IMG/VR virus record: IMGVR_UViG_3300029314_000002
Location: 5,460-69,459 of that record
Source of the DNA: a virus
Reading direction: 5' to 3' (one strand)
DNA length: 64,000 bases
The notes under the pieces are model-generated. The model was not told the DNA's origin. It saw only the letters and a list, made by a program, of their open reading frames with translations, and searched no databases. Shown here one piece after another: positions 7,822-14,889 of this stretch (position 1 is the stretch's first letter; every line of letters begins with the position of its first letter). The position numbers and the translations under genes are program-made.

Positions 7822-8581
7822 GGGTGGTCTCCAGGTTTTCGAGGAGACGTGCGCCGACGCGCGTGAAGGCGGCGGTGACGGTGTCGGCGGGGGCGTGGCG
7901 GAAGACGGTGGTGCCGAAGCTGCACGCTTCGGTGACGCGGATGCTGAGGGGGACGGGGGGCCAGACGGTGGGGCCGAATGTGTCTACGAGTTGCCGCATC
8001 TGGTCTTGATGCTCGTTGACGCCCCTGCGGGCCATGTTGGGGATGATGCCGAGGAGGCGCGGGCCGTGGCCGTGCTGTTGGGCCATTTCGCGGCATGTCT
8101 GGGACATGAAGGCGACGCCCTCCAGGCTGAGGCGTTCGACCTGGGTGGGGGCCAGGACCCAGTCGGCGGCGTAGAGGAGTTCACGGAAGCCGGCGTTGCG
8201 GGAGGGGGGAACGTCTATGAAGACGAGGTCGGCTTCGCGGGTGAGGGGGCGGAGCATGTCGGCGAGCATGCCGAACGGTTTTGCTGTGGCGGCGAGGAAT
8301 GTGAATGCTTCGCCGGTGCGGTAGTTGCCGGGGAGGAGGCGCAGCGGCCAGCCAGGGACTTGACGCACCTGGCTGGCCGCCGGCCGGCCGACTACGAGCA
8401 TCTGGAATAATCCATCTTGCGTTGTGTCGCCATCGAGCAGCCATGACGAGGCGTTGCCTTGGGGGTCGGCGTCCACCAGGGTGACGCTGCGGCCGTGTTC
8501 GGCGGCGTAGACGGCGAGGTGGACGGCGAGGGTGGTTTTGCCCACGCCGCCCTTTTGATTTGCGACTGCGATGATTGTCAT
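7811..8581 (-). CDS. parA: ParA/Soj-family partition ATPase
   Basis: Deviant Walker A VANQKGGVGKTT; DADPQGN. Confidence 0.9.
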   Translation of the reverse strand: MTIIAVANQKGGVGKTTLAVHLAVYAAEHGRSVTLVDADPQGNASSWLLDGDTTQDGLFQMLVVGRPAASQVRQVPGWPLRLLPGNYRTGEAFTFLAATAKPFGMLADMLRPLTREADLVFIDVPPSRNAGFRELLYAADWVLAPTQVERLSLEGVAFMSQTCREMAQQHGHGPRLLGIIPNMARRGVNEHQDQMRQLVDTFGPTVWPPVPLSIRVTEACSFGTTVFRHAPADTVTAAFTRVGARLLENLETTHGA

Positions 8582-8702
8582 TACCGGTTTCCTTTTTTCT
8601 TTCGAGTTATTATTTCAGGTTTCAGGGGTTCAGGGTTGCCCCTGTGGGGTTGGTTGTCGCCCAGGCGGCCAGGTGGGCCAGGGGCGACCAGGTGATCCAG
8701 GG

Positions 8703-10094
8703 TCAGCCAGGCGGCTGTGGGGGGTCAATTTGCGCCAGTTGGAGCAGGGCGGGGGTGACGCGGCGGGCGTCGGTGGCGTGGCGGGGAACGGTGAGGAGTG
8801 CGAGCCGTTCCCACTTTTTAGCCAGTTGTTTGACCTGGTAGCCTGTCCAGCCTTCGACGGCTGCGGCCAGGCGGTTGCTGATGAATTGGCCGTCCAGGTT
8901 CTGGACGGCGTAGGCGACCAGGGCGCGCTCGCCTGGTGTGAGGCTGCCGGCGATGGCGTCGTCACCGGCTGCTTGGTGGCGCAGGGCCTGGGCGACGGCG
9001 AGGAGTTGGTCATCACCGAGGTGGTAGCTCTGCACGGGCTGGGGGGGGCCGTCGAGGCGGGCGAGGTAGCGGCCGGGCCGCGAGGCGGCGATGGCCTGGG
9101 CGCCTGGGCAGCCGGCGAGGCGGGCGGCGGCTTCGTCGGCGACGCGGAAGACGAGGCGGGTGGCGAGGTTGACGTTGACGGCGCGGGGGAGGAGGTCGAA
9201 GCGGGCATGTTGGCTGGCGACCCAGACGATGATGCCGGCGGAGCGGCCTTTGACGGCCAACCGGGTCAGCCCACGTGCGAGCGGCGATTTCTCGCCGGCG
9301 GTGAGGAGGAGGTCGAGGACTTCGTCAATGACGAGCCAGATGACGGGGAGGGGGGCGGTGGCGCGGCGGTTGTAGCCGGCCAGGTCGCGGGCGAGGGCGC
9401 GGGCAAGAAGATCGCCGCGCGCGTCCATCTGTGCGACGAGTTCTTCGATGAGGGCGGCGGCGCTCTCTTCGTCGTGGGCGACGGGTGCGAGGAGGTGGGG
9501 GGCGCCATCCCAGACGGAGAATTCACTGCGTTTGGGGTCTACGAGGGCCACCTGGACGGCGCGCGGGGTGGAGGTGGTGAGCACGCTGGCCAGGGCGGCG
9601 TGCAGGAGGGTGGATTTGCCGGAGCCGCTGGCGCCGGCTACGAGGGTGTGGCCCAGGGCGGGCAGGGTGCGCCACAGGGGGCCTTCGGCGGTGACGCCGA
9701 GGGGGACGATCAGCGGCTGCGGCGGCGCGGCGTCCAGGTCCAATGGGACGCGGCTCGGCAGGCGGGCGGGTGCGGGCGGCGGGGCGAGGTTGACGAAGTA
9801 GGAGATGCCGCTGCTGTTGATGCAGCGGATGGGGTGGCCGATGACGGTGCCGAGGTGGTGGATGAGGGTGGGGGATGTGAGGGCGCCGGCGGTGACTTTG
9901 CGCGGCAGGCGATGAACGTCTACCTGGAAGGACGCCCAGGGGCCGATGATTTCGGCGGTGCTGAAGCGGACTTCGACGAGGCTGCCGTCGTGGGCCTGCC
10001 AGCAGTGACCGAGGTCGCTGAGGCATTTGAGGATGAGTTCGCCGCAGCGTTGGGCTTCGGCGAGTGGGCTGTTAGTGGTTATGATCGTAGTCAT
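8703..10094 (-). CDS. FtsK/SpoIIIE-family DNA translocase
   Basis: Walker A GASGSGKST, Walker B VIWLVIDEV. Confidence 0.9.
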   Translation of the reverse strand: MTTIITTNSPLAEAQRCGELILKCLSDLGHCWQAHDGSLVEVRFSTAEIIGPWASFQVDVHRLPRKVTAGALTSPTLIHHLGTVIGHPIRCINSSGISYFVNLAPPPAPARLPSRVPLDLDAAPPQPLIVPLGVTAEGPLWRTLPALGHTLVAGASGSGKSTLLHAALASVLTTSTPRAVQVALVDPKRSEFSVWDGAPHLLAPVAHDEESAAALIEELVAQMDARGDLLARALARDLAGYNRRATAPLPVIWLVIDEVLDLLLTAGEKSPLARGLTRLAVKGRSAGIIVWVASQHARFDLLPRAVNVNLATRLVFRVADEAAARLAGCPGAQAIAASRPGRYLARLDGPPQPVQSYHLGDDQLLAVAQALRHQAAGDDAIAGSLTPGERALVAYAVQNLDGQFISNRLAAAVEGWTGYQVKQLAKKWERLALLTVPRHATDARRVTPALLQLAQIDPPQPPG

Positions 10095-10791
10095 CGTCCA
10101 CCTCTGTTCCGGCGAGGAGCCGGGTTAGGTTGTTTTCTCGTTGGGGGTCGGCGACGATCCGAACGTCGGGCATTCGGGGTAGGCTGCTGCTGCTGCGAAA
10201 GGCGTTTTGGCTGATGGTTTCGGCGATTTCGCGCGTGGCGGCGGGGGTGTTTGCTGTGCCGCGCGTGCCGGCGATGAGGAGCTGGTGGGCCTGGGCCTGG
10301 GTGGTGATTTGGGCCTGGGCGGCGCTGTCGGCGGTGACGGGGGCGGTGACGGTGCGCGGGGTGGCGTTGGCGGGGGAGATGAGGAGGGTGGGGTTGACGG
10401 CGCGGTTGGCGTCGTGGATGATGATTTCGCCGGCGCGCGTGCGTTCGATGAGGAGGGGGTACTGGCCGGCTTCGTTGGGGAAGACGGAGGCGGCGCGGCG
10501 GTGGAGCCAGGCGCCGATGGCGAGGCTGCCGGTGATGGAGAGGATGAGCGCGGCCAGGCCGAGGCCGACGCCGGCCAGTGTGTTGCGGGCGGCGATGGCG
10601 GGGAGGGAGGCTGCGGCTTCGGCGCTGTCGGCGGCGCGCGCTACGGCGGCGGCGGCGGCGCGATCTGCTGACTCCTGGCGGATGCGGTCGGCTTCTGCGT
10701 AGTCTTGGGGGCGCGGCTGGCCGCAGGCGCCGGCGATGATGGCGGCGATGACCAGGGCGATGATGAGGGGGATGGTTTTGTTGGCGATCAT
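10072..10791 (-). CDS. Membrane lipoprotein-like protein
   Basis: Start MIANKTIPLIIALVIAAIIAGAC (lipobox-like) at 10791, GGAGA RBS; second TM segment; overlaps the FtsK start. Confidence 0.6.
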   Translation of the reverse strand: MIANKTIPLIIALVIAAIIAGACGQPRPQDYAEADRIRQESADRAAAAAVARAADSAEAAASLPAIAARNTLAGVGLGLAALILSITGSLAIGAWLHRRAASVFPNEAGQYPLLIERTRAGEIIIHDANRAVNPTLLISPANATPRTVTAPVTADSAAQAQITTQAQAHQLLIAGTRGTANTPAATREIAETISQNAFRSSSSLPRMPDVRIVADPQRENNLTRLLAGTEVDDDYDHNH

Positions 10792-10819
10792 GTCGGTCTC
10801 CGGTTTTGCTGCTGTGCGC

Positions 10820-10851
10820 AAAAAACGCCGTGTTGTGATTTGCACGGCGTT
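10820..10851 (-). terminator. Rho-independent terminator (minus strand)
   Basis: AACGCCGTG / CACGGCGTT 9-bp stem, followed on the minus strand by TTTTTT. Confidence 0.6.
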
Positions 10852-10868
10852 TGGGGAGAGGGTAGAAT
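10840..10868 (+). promoter_or_regulatory. Plus-strand promoter TTGCAC-N17-TAGAAT
   Basis: Hexamers read directly; points away from the flanking minus-strand genes. Confidence 0.45.
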
Positions 10869-10874
10869 GATGCC

Positions 10875-10932
10875 GCCGTGCTTCGGTACCGGTGTCACTG
10901 CTTGTGGTAGGGTGTGTGACGCCGGTTTTTGT
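10875..10932 (+). ncRNA. Candidate ~60-nt small RNA
   Basis: Bounded by the promoter at 10840..10868 and a 10-bp hairpin (CCGGTGTCAC/GTGACGCCGG) followed by TTTTTGTTTGTATTTT; no ORF. Confidence 0.35.
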
Positions 10933-11158
10933 TTGTATTTTGTAACTGCTCACCCTGCAGGTAGATTTGGACAGGATGAACAGGATGTACAGGATTCTTG
11001 TAGTTGAGCCGCTGCGCCGCCGTAGTCGGTGTACTCACCGTTACTCTCCCTTTTCAGGGTGTTGGAGAGTGGCAGCTAACCGACAACTGCCAGCCCCCTA
11101 CCACGGTTCGCACACAGTGAAACTGCCCGTCGCGTGCGCAGTAGCTCAACCCAGATCG

Positions 11159-11500
11159 TCAGCCGCCGGATGGGCGCTCAACTGGTTCGAAGTTCGAAAA
11201 TTCGACGCACCCATGGCAATACTCTGATTCTGGATTATTACATAATGCGCAAGGCACCATATCTACTACATCTTCGTTTTCTGGCATATCGCCCTTCGGC
11301 CCGGATTCTCTCTGGCCGGCTGCACTGACGGGGAAACTACTCCGTATCAGGCAGCCGAAAACTTCGGCGTCCGTCGCCAGGTAGAAGCACACCACGCACT
11401 GCGGCCGGGCTGCCCCATTCGAGTACAGCACGAACTCAGGTCCGCACCTCGGACACGTGAGCGGCGTCTCCCGCCATTCGCTCTCGATCACTGCGATCAC
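11159..11500 (-). CDS. Zinc-ribbon hypothetical protein
   Basis: CPRCG, CVVC, CALC, CHGC pairs. Confidence 0.4.
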   Translation of the reverse strand: MIAVIESEWRETPLTCPRCGPEFVLYSNGAARPQCVVCFYLATDAEVFGCLIRSSFPVSAAGQRESGPKGDMPENEDVVDMVPCALCNNPESEYCHGCVEFSNFEPVERPSGG

Positions 11501-11810
11501 ACCCCACCTCCTCGGTCGCCTTCGCTCGGCGGAACATTATCCAGACATACGTTGATGCTGGAAATTGCTCCGTTTGGCGCTGCCAGTATTCTACGTCCAT
11601 GCAATCCATGTCGAGCCACTTGTCATCCATAGACCCACCTATCAGTGGGCCGGCGATCATCAGGTCTTTTGCCAGCAGGTGCGCTATTGCTATTTCAGCA
11701 ATGCGCTCTGCCACGCCACGCGCCTGATGCCACACCAATGGCTGCAGGCCTTCCAGGGTATGCAGGTATTCTGATATTTCAGCGGCTAATAAAAGTTTTT
11801 CGGTTTCCAT
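11436..11810 (-). CDS. Hypothetical protein
   Basis: 124-aa ORF; 65-nt overlap with the next ORF leaves its 3' end or the neighbour's start uncertain. Confidence 0.45.
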   Translation of the reverse strand: METEKLLLAAEISEYLHTLEGLQPLVWHQARGVAERIAEIAIAHLLAKDLMIAGPLIGGSMDDKWLDMDCMDVEYWQRQTEQFPASTYVWIMFRRAKATEEVGCDRSDRERMAGDAAHVSEVRT

Positions 11811-11848
11811 TTAGCACCTAACGGTCAGGGTGTCATCCATAGCGGGCA

Positions 11849-12100
11849 TTACCCGAACAATCCTGCTTGCTGCGGGGGGACGCTTTTGTGACGAGCCACT
11901 ACGATGCGCTGCAGCACGTAAAACGGCCACGGCTGCGGCGTGTTGGAGATGGTGTAGTAGCTGTTCCATGCGGCGCAGATGTCTTTGGCGACCGCCATAT
12001 CTGCGAATACTGCGTAGTTGAACGCATCTACGTAGACCACCTTCGGGTAATCCGGGTGGTCTGTCACGATGGCGTAAACTGTCTGTCCTTCATGAAACAT
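11849..12100 (-). CDS. Hypothetical protein
   Basis: 83-aa ORF with non-repetitive composition. Confidence 0.5.
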   Translation of the reverse strand: MFHEGQTVYAIVTDHPDYPKVVYVDAFNYAVFADMAVAKDICAAWNSYYTISNTPQPWPFYVLQRIVVARHKSVPPQQAGLFG

Positions 12101-12442
12101 TGTTACCTCTGAATGATTTGTTAGCCCGCTCCACTGCCGCCAGTGACCAGTGCCGAACCTGGTGTCGTCTGGTCTGCATTGCTGCAGGTCTCAGTTTCGC
12201 TCCAGCGTCGCGTGAAGAGGAGCGGGCTAACGGCTATGTTCGGCCGCCGCGTCGACTGTGGGCGGTCGGCGGCTTGCCAGAACCAGGACATGGGGTGCGG
12301 ACACCCGACGCACTGGGAATACTCCACACGCCGTACCTGACGGCGTGTGGCTTGACGTTGCCGCTTTCGTCCAAGTCTGTTGTGTCGCAAGTCTCTTTGC
12401 ACCATGAACATTCCATCTATCACCTCCGCCCAACGGATATGT

Positions 12443-12646
12443 TCAGCCGCTCGCCGGTTGCGCCGTGACACTCGCCGCGGCTGACGTTGGCGAGTCGGCT
12501 GAAAGTGGGGCTAGATGGCCTGGGCATTCTTGCCACTTATCATGTAGGCGTTGGGCGTATGCCAGCGCAGCGCCAAAATAGTACCCGTTGCAAAGCTGGC
12601 ATTTGCTGTCTACCCACTCATCCTTTGGTCCTCTGACTATATCCAC
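12443..12646 (-). CDS. Small hypothetical protein
   Basis: 67-aa ORF preceded by the 23-bp repeat at 12655..12677. Confidence 0.35.
   Translation of the reverse strand: MDIVRGPKDEWVDSKCQLCNGYYFGAALAYAQRLHDKWQECPGHLAPLSADSPTSAAASVTAQPASG
12481..12503. repeat. 23-bp direct repeat, copy 1
   Basis: CTGACGTTGGCGAGTCGGCTGAA, near-identical to 12655..12677. Confidence 0.7.
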
Positions 12647-12654
12647 GGTGTCCC

Positions 12655-12677
12655 CTGACGTTGGCGAGTCGGCTGGA
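12655..12677. repeat. 23-bp direct repeat, copy 2
   Basis: CTGACGTTGGCGAGTCGGCTGGA, located just 5' of the minus-strand start at 12646. Confidence 0.7.
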
Positions 12678-12685
12678 AACCGTTG

Positions 12686-12898
12686 TTAGACGGACGCAAA
12701 CAGGCGAGCGACCCGCTCGTCCATCGTTGGCTCGCGCAGCGCACGCTGCGTTGATCGGCGTTCCGGTGCGACCTCGAATCCCTGCGGACAATCCTCCGCT
12801 CCGTAGTTGCCGCATTCAGCGCAGCGTGGAGGCTTGCGCTGTTCCAGGCATTCAGAGATCAGGCGGTAACGACCTGCCGTGGTTAATGTGCTCGTCAT
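12686..12898 (-). CDS. Small Cys-containing hypothetical protein
   Basis: 70-aa ORF; first gene after the promoter at 13069, with a ~160-nt leader. Confidence 0.4.
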   Translation of the reverse strand: MTSTLTTAGRYRLISECLEQRKPPRCAECGNYGAEDCPQGFEVAPERRSTQRALREPTMDERVARLFASV

Positions 12899-13068
12899 GG
12901 TATTTCTCCTTCACAAAACATCAGACGGGATGGCGCTCCATTTCGTGCTGGCCTTGTCTGTCGCCTACCCTAGACCATGTCTTCTGATCCCGCCTACTTG
13001 TTCAGTCTCAAAATTGAGACGTTTGTCTGAAAGCTATTTTTTGTCCGCTTCATGTCGTACTATGTCGT

Positions 13069-13097
13069 ACTATATCATACTATGAGCGATTTGTCAA
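13069..13097 (-). promoter_or_regulatory. Consensus promoter TTGACA-N17-TATAGT
   Basis: Minus strand TTGACAAATCgctcatagtatgaTATAGT followed by phased ATAGTA repeats. Confidence 0.65.
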
Positions 13098-13130
13098 AGT
13101 CGGAAGCCGCCAAAAGTGGAAGCGATGTTT

Positions 13131-13436
13131 CTAGTTGATCCGCCAGTTGTTTTCGCGGGTGGCGGCGGAGGCGCCGTGGGCGGGGGTGGTGCGTTTGAGT
13201 TGGGCGAGTTGTTGGTTGGCGTCGGTGAGGGCACGCTGCATGGCGGTCAGGGTGTCCTGTTGGGCGCGCGCCAGGCTCTGCAGGTCGTTGTACTGGGCGT
13301 ACATTTGTTCGGCGGTGGTGATGGCGTCATGGGCGAGTTTGCGCCAGGCGGCGATTTCGCGCGGGACGATGATTTTGAGGGTGACGATGGCGAAGACAAG
13401 GGCGATGATGATGGCGATGGCGCCGGCGGTTGTCAT
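13131..13436 (-). CDS. Single-pass membrane protein with coiled-coil tail
   Basis: MTTAGAIAIIIALVFAIVTL... ; ATGA-type overlap with the upstream gene. Confidence 0.55.
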   Translation of the reverse strand: MTTAGAIAIIIALVFAIVTLKIIVPREIAAWRKLAHDAITTAEQMYAQYNDLQSLARAQQDTLTAMQRALTDANQQLAQLKRTTPAHGASAATRENNWRIN

Positions 13437-13717
13437 GGTTGTGTGTCCTCTGTTTCTTCGGTTTCGGGTTGGCAGTTGCACCAGCCGGTGCCGGCGCCAT
13501 CGCAGGTGGTGGTGGGGGGCTGTTGGGCGTCGAGCCAGACCTGGGCGCTGGCGATGTGGGCGCGCAGGTGGTGGAGGATGCCCGTGGCACGACGGGGAGC
13601 GAGGGGATGCCCGTGGAAGGTGGCTTTTTTGATGTGTTCGGTGTAGCTGCCGGCGGCGGCGGCCATGGCGAGGGCATGGCTGGCCTGGACGATGGCGATG
13701 ATGCGGGAGTGTGTCAT
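13433..13717 (-). CDS. Hypothetical protein
   Basis: Start MTHSRIIAIVQ at 13717; 4-nt overlaps on both sides. Confidence 0.5.
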   Translation of the reverse strand: MTHSRIIAIVQASHALAMAAAAGSYTEHIKKATFHGHPLAPRRATGILHHLRAHIASAQVWLDAQQPPTTTCDGAGTGWCNCQPETEETEDTQP

Positions 13718-13917
13718 GGGCGGGCCTCGTGGAGGGGGCAGGCGGGGCTGATGGGGGATTTCCAGAGGGCGCGGCGGTCGCAGAAGGGGGCGTGGAGGTA
13801 GGTGGTGTGGTAACGGCAGTTGCCGCACGTGTTGGGCCGGCGCAGGGCGCGGCCGATGAGGGCGCCGAGGGTGAATAGGGCGATGCTGAGGCCGATGATG
13901 GCAAGGGCGGTGTTCAT
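13714..13917 (-). CDS. Small membrane protein with Cys motif
   Basis: MNTALAIIGLSIALFTLGALIG TM; CGNC...C. Confidence 0.5.
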   Translation of the reverse strand: MNTALAIIGLSIALFTLGALIGRALRRPNTCGNCRYHTTYLHAPFCDRRALWKSPISPACPLHEARP

Positions 13918-14018
13918 GGTTGCTCCGTTTCTTCGGCCTGGCTGATGGTGCTGCTGAGGATGGAGGCGGCCAGGCCGATGATGGCAAGGGTGATGATGCT
14001 GACGATGAGTATGGTCAT
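13914..14018 (-). CDS. 34-aa membrane peptide
   Basis: MTILIVSIITLAIIGLAASIL; GAGGAAA RBS; 4-nt overlap. Confidence 0.4.
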   Translation of the reverse strand: MTILIVSIITLAIIGLAASILSSTISQAEETEQP

Positions 14019-14028
14019 GGTTTCCTCG

Positions 14029-14517
14029 TTAGAGTAGGCGCCGGGAGAAGTTCCAGGCGGGGGTGATGAGGTCGGTGGGGGTGGCGCCGGCAAGGCGGGT
14101 GAGTTTTTTCCAGTCGTCGCGGGGGACGATGACTTCGAAGGGGATGATGGTTTGGGCGGTTGTGAGCATGGCGAGGCCGCGGCCGTCCGTGGGACGGTGG
14201 GAAGTGAGGAGGAGGAGGGGGCCGCGGCCATCAACGGTGAGTAGGAGCATGTTGCAGATGGCCTTTTTGAGGGTGTCGGTGCGTTGAAGGCCGGGACGGT
14301 TGCGAAAGGAGCCTTTGCATTCGATGTAGAAGATAACGCCGGCGGGGTTGATGGCGATGAGGTCTACATCTACGCCGCAGTTGGGGTAGGGGATTTCGCG
14401 GCCGGTGATGGTGAAGCCAGCGCGGGTGAGGGCGCGGGTGCATTCGGCGACGAATTCACGCCCTTGGGCGGTGGCGAGGGATTGGAAGTTGGGGAAGGTG
14501 GGCGCGGATATGCTCAT
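14029..14517 (-). CDS. PD-(D/E)xK-fold nuclease-like protein
   Basis: VDVDLIAINPAGVIFYIECKG fits a D-x(n)-E-x-K core. Confidence 0.6.
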   Translation of the reverse strand: MSISAPTFPNFQSLATAQGREFVAECTRALTRAGFTITGREIPYPNCGVDVDLIAINPAGVIFYIECKGSFRNRPGLQRTDTLKKAICNMLLLTVDGRGPLLLLTSHRPTDGRGLAMLTTAQTIIPFEVIVPRDDWKKLTRLAGATPTDLITPAWNFSRRLL

Positions 14518-14765
14518 TGGGCTGCTCGTTGTTCTGCTCGTTGGGCGCCCGCGATGCGGCGGGCATAGTACACGATGGCGCGGGTGAGCGCGTAGGGGGA
14601 CATGTCGCGCGTGTCGTAGTCTTCGGGGTGTTTGATCTGGCGGCGCAAAATTGCGCCGCAGCCGCGCGAGCAGGTCTTGGCGGTGTCGGAGGTGTAGGTT
14701 TCGCCACAGACGATGCAGATTTTCGATTGGTTTTCGGGAGCTTGGAGAGAGTTCTTCCTTTTCAT
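14514..14765 (-). CDS. Zinc-ribbon small protein
   Basis: CIVCG ... CSRGC; 4-nt overlap with the nuclease gene. Confidence 0.55.
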   Translation of the reverse strand: MKRKNSLQAPENQSKICIVCGETYTSDTAKTCSRGCGAILRRQIKHPEDYDTRDMSPYALTRAIVYYARRIAGAQRAEQRAAQ

Positions 14766-14767
14766 TG

Positions 14768-14812
14768 TTGGTCTCCTGTGGTCTCCTATGATCTCTTATG
14801 GTCTCCTATTGT
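14768..14812 (-). repeat. GGAGACC-type short tandem array immediately 5' of start 14765
   Basis: Minus strand ataGGAGACCataaGAGATCataGGAGACCacaGGAGACCaacaATG. Confidence 0.7.
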
Positions 14813-14889
14813 CTTCGGCGCAGCAGGCCGAAGGCGGTGAGTATGCCGGCGACGATGAACCAAAATGCGTTTTCGGTTGAGAAGATCAT
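14806..14889 (-). CDS. Possible 27-aa membrane peptide
   Basis: MIFSTENAFWFIVAGILTAFGLLRRRQ; ATG overlaps the methylase stop as ATGA. Confidence 0.3.
   Translation of the reverse strand: MIFSTENAFWFIVAGILTAFGLLRRRQ

Noticed and set aside
12100-12471. ORFs 12121..12471(-) and 12100..12468(+)
   Set aside because: These are mutually exclusive, both products are Arg/Ser-rich without motifs, and I could not decide strand or reality from sequence alone.
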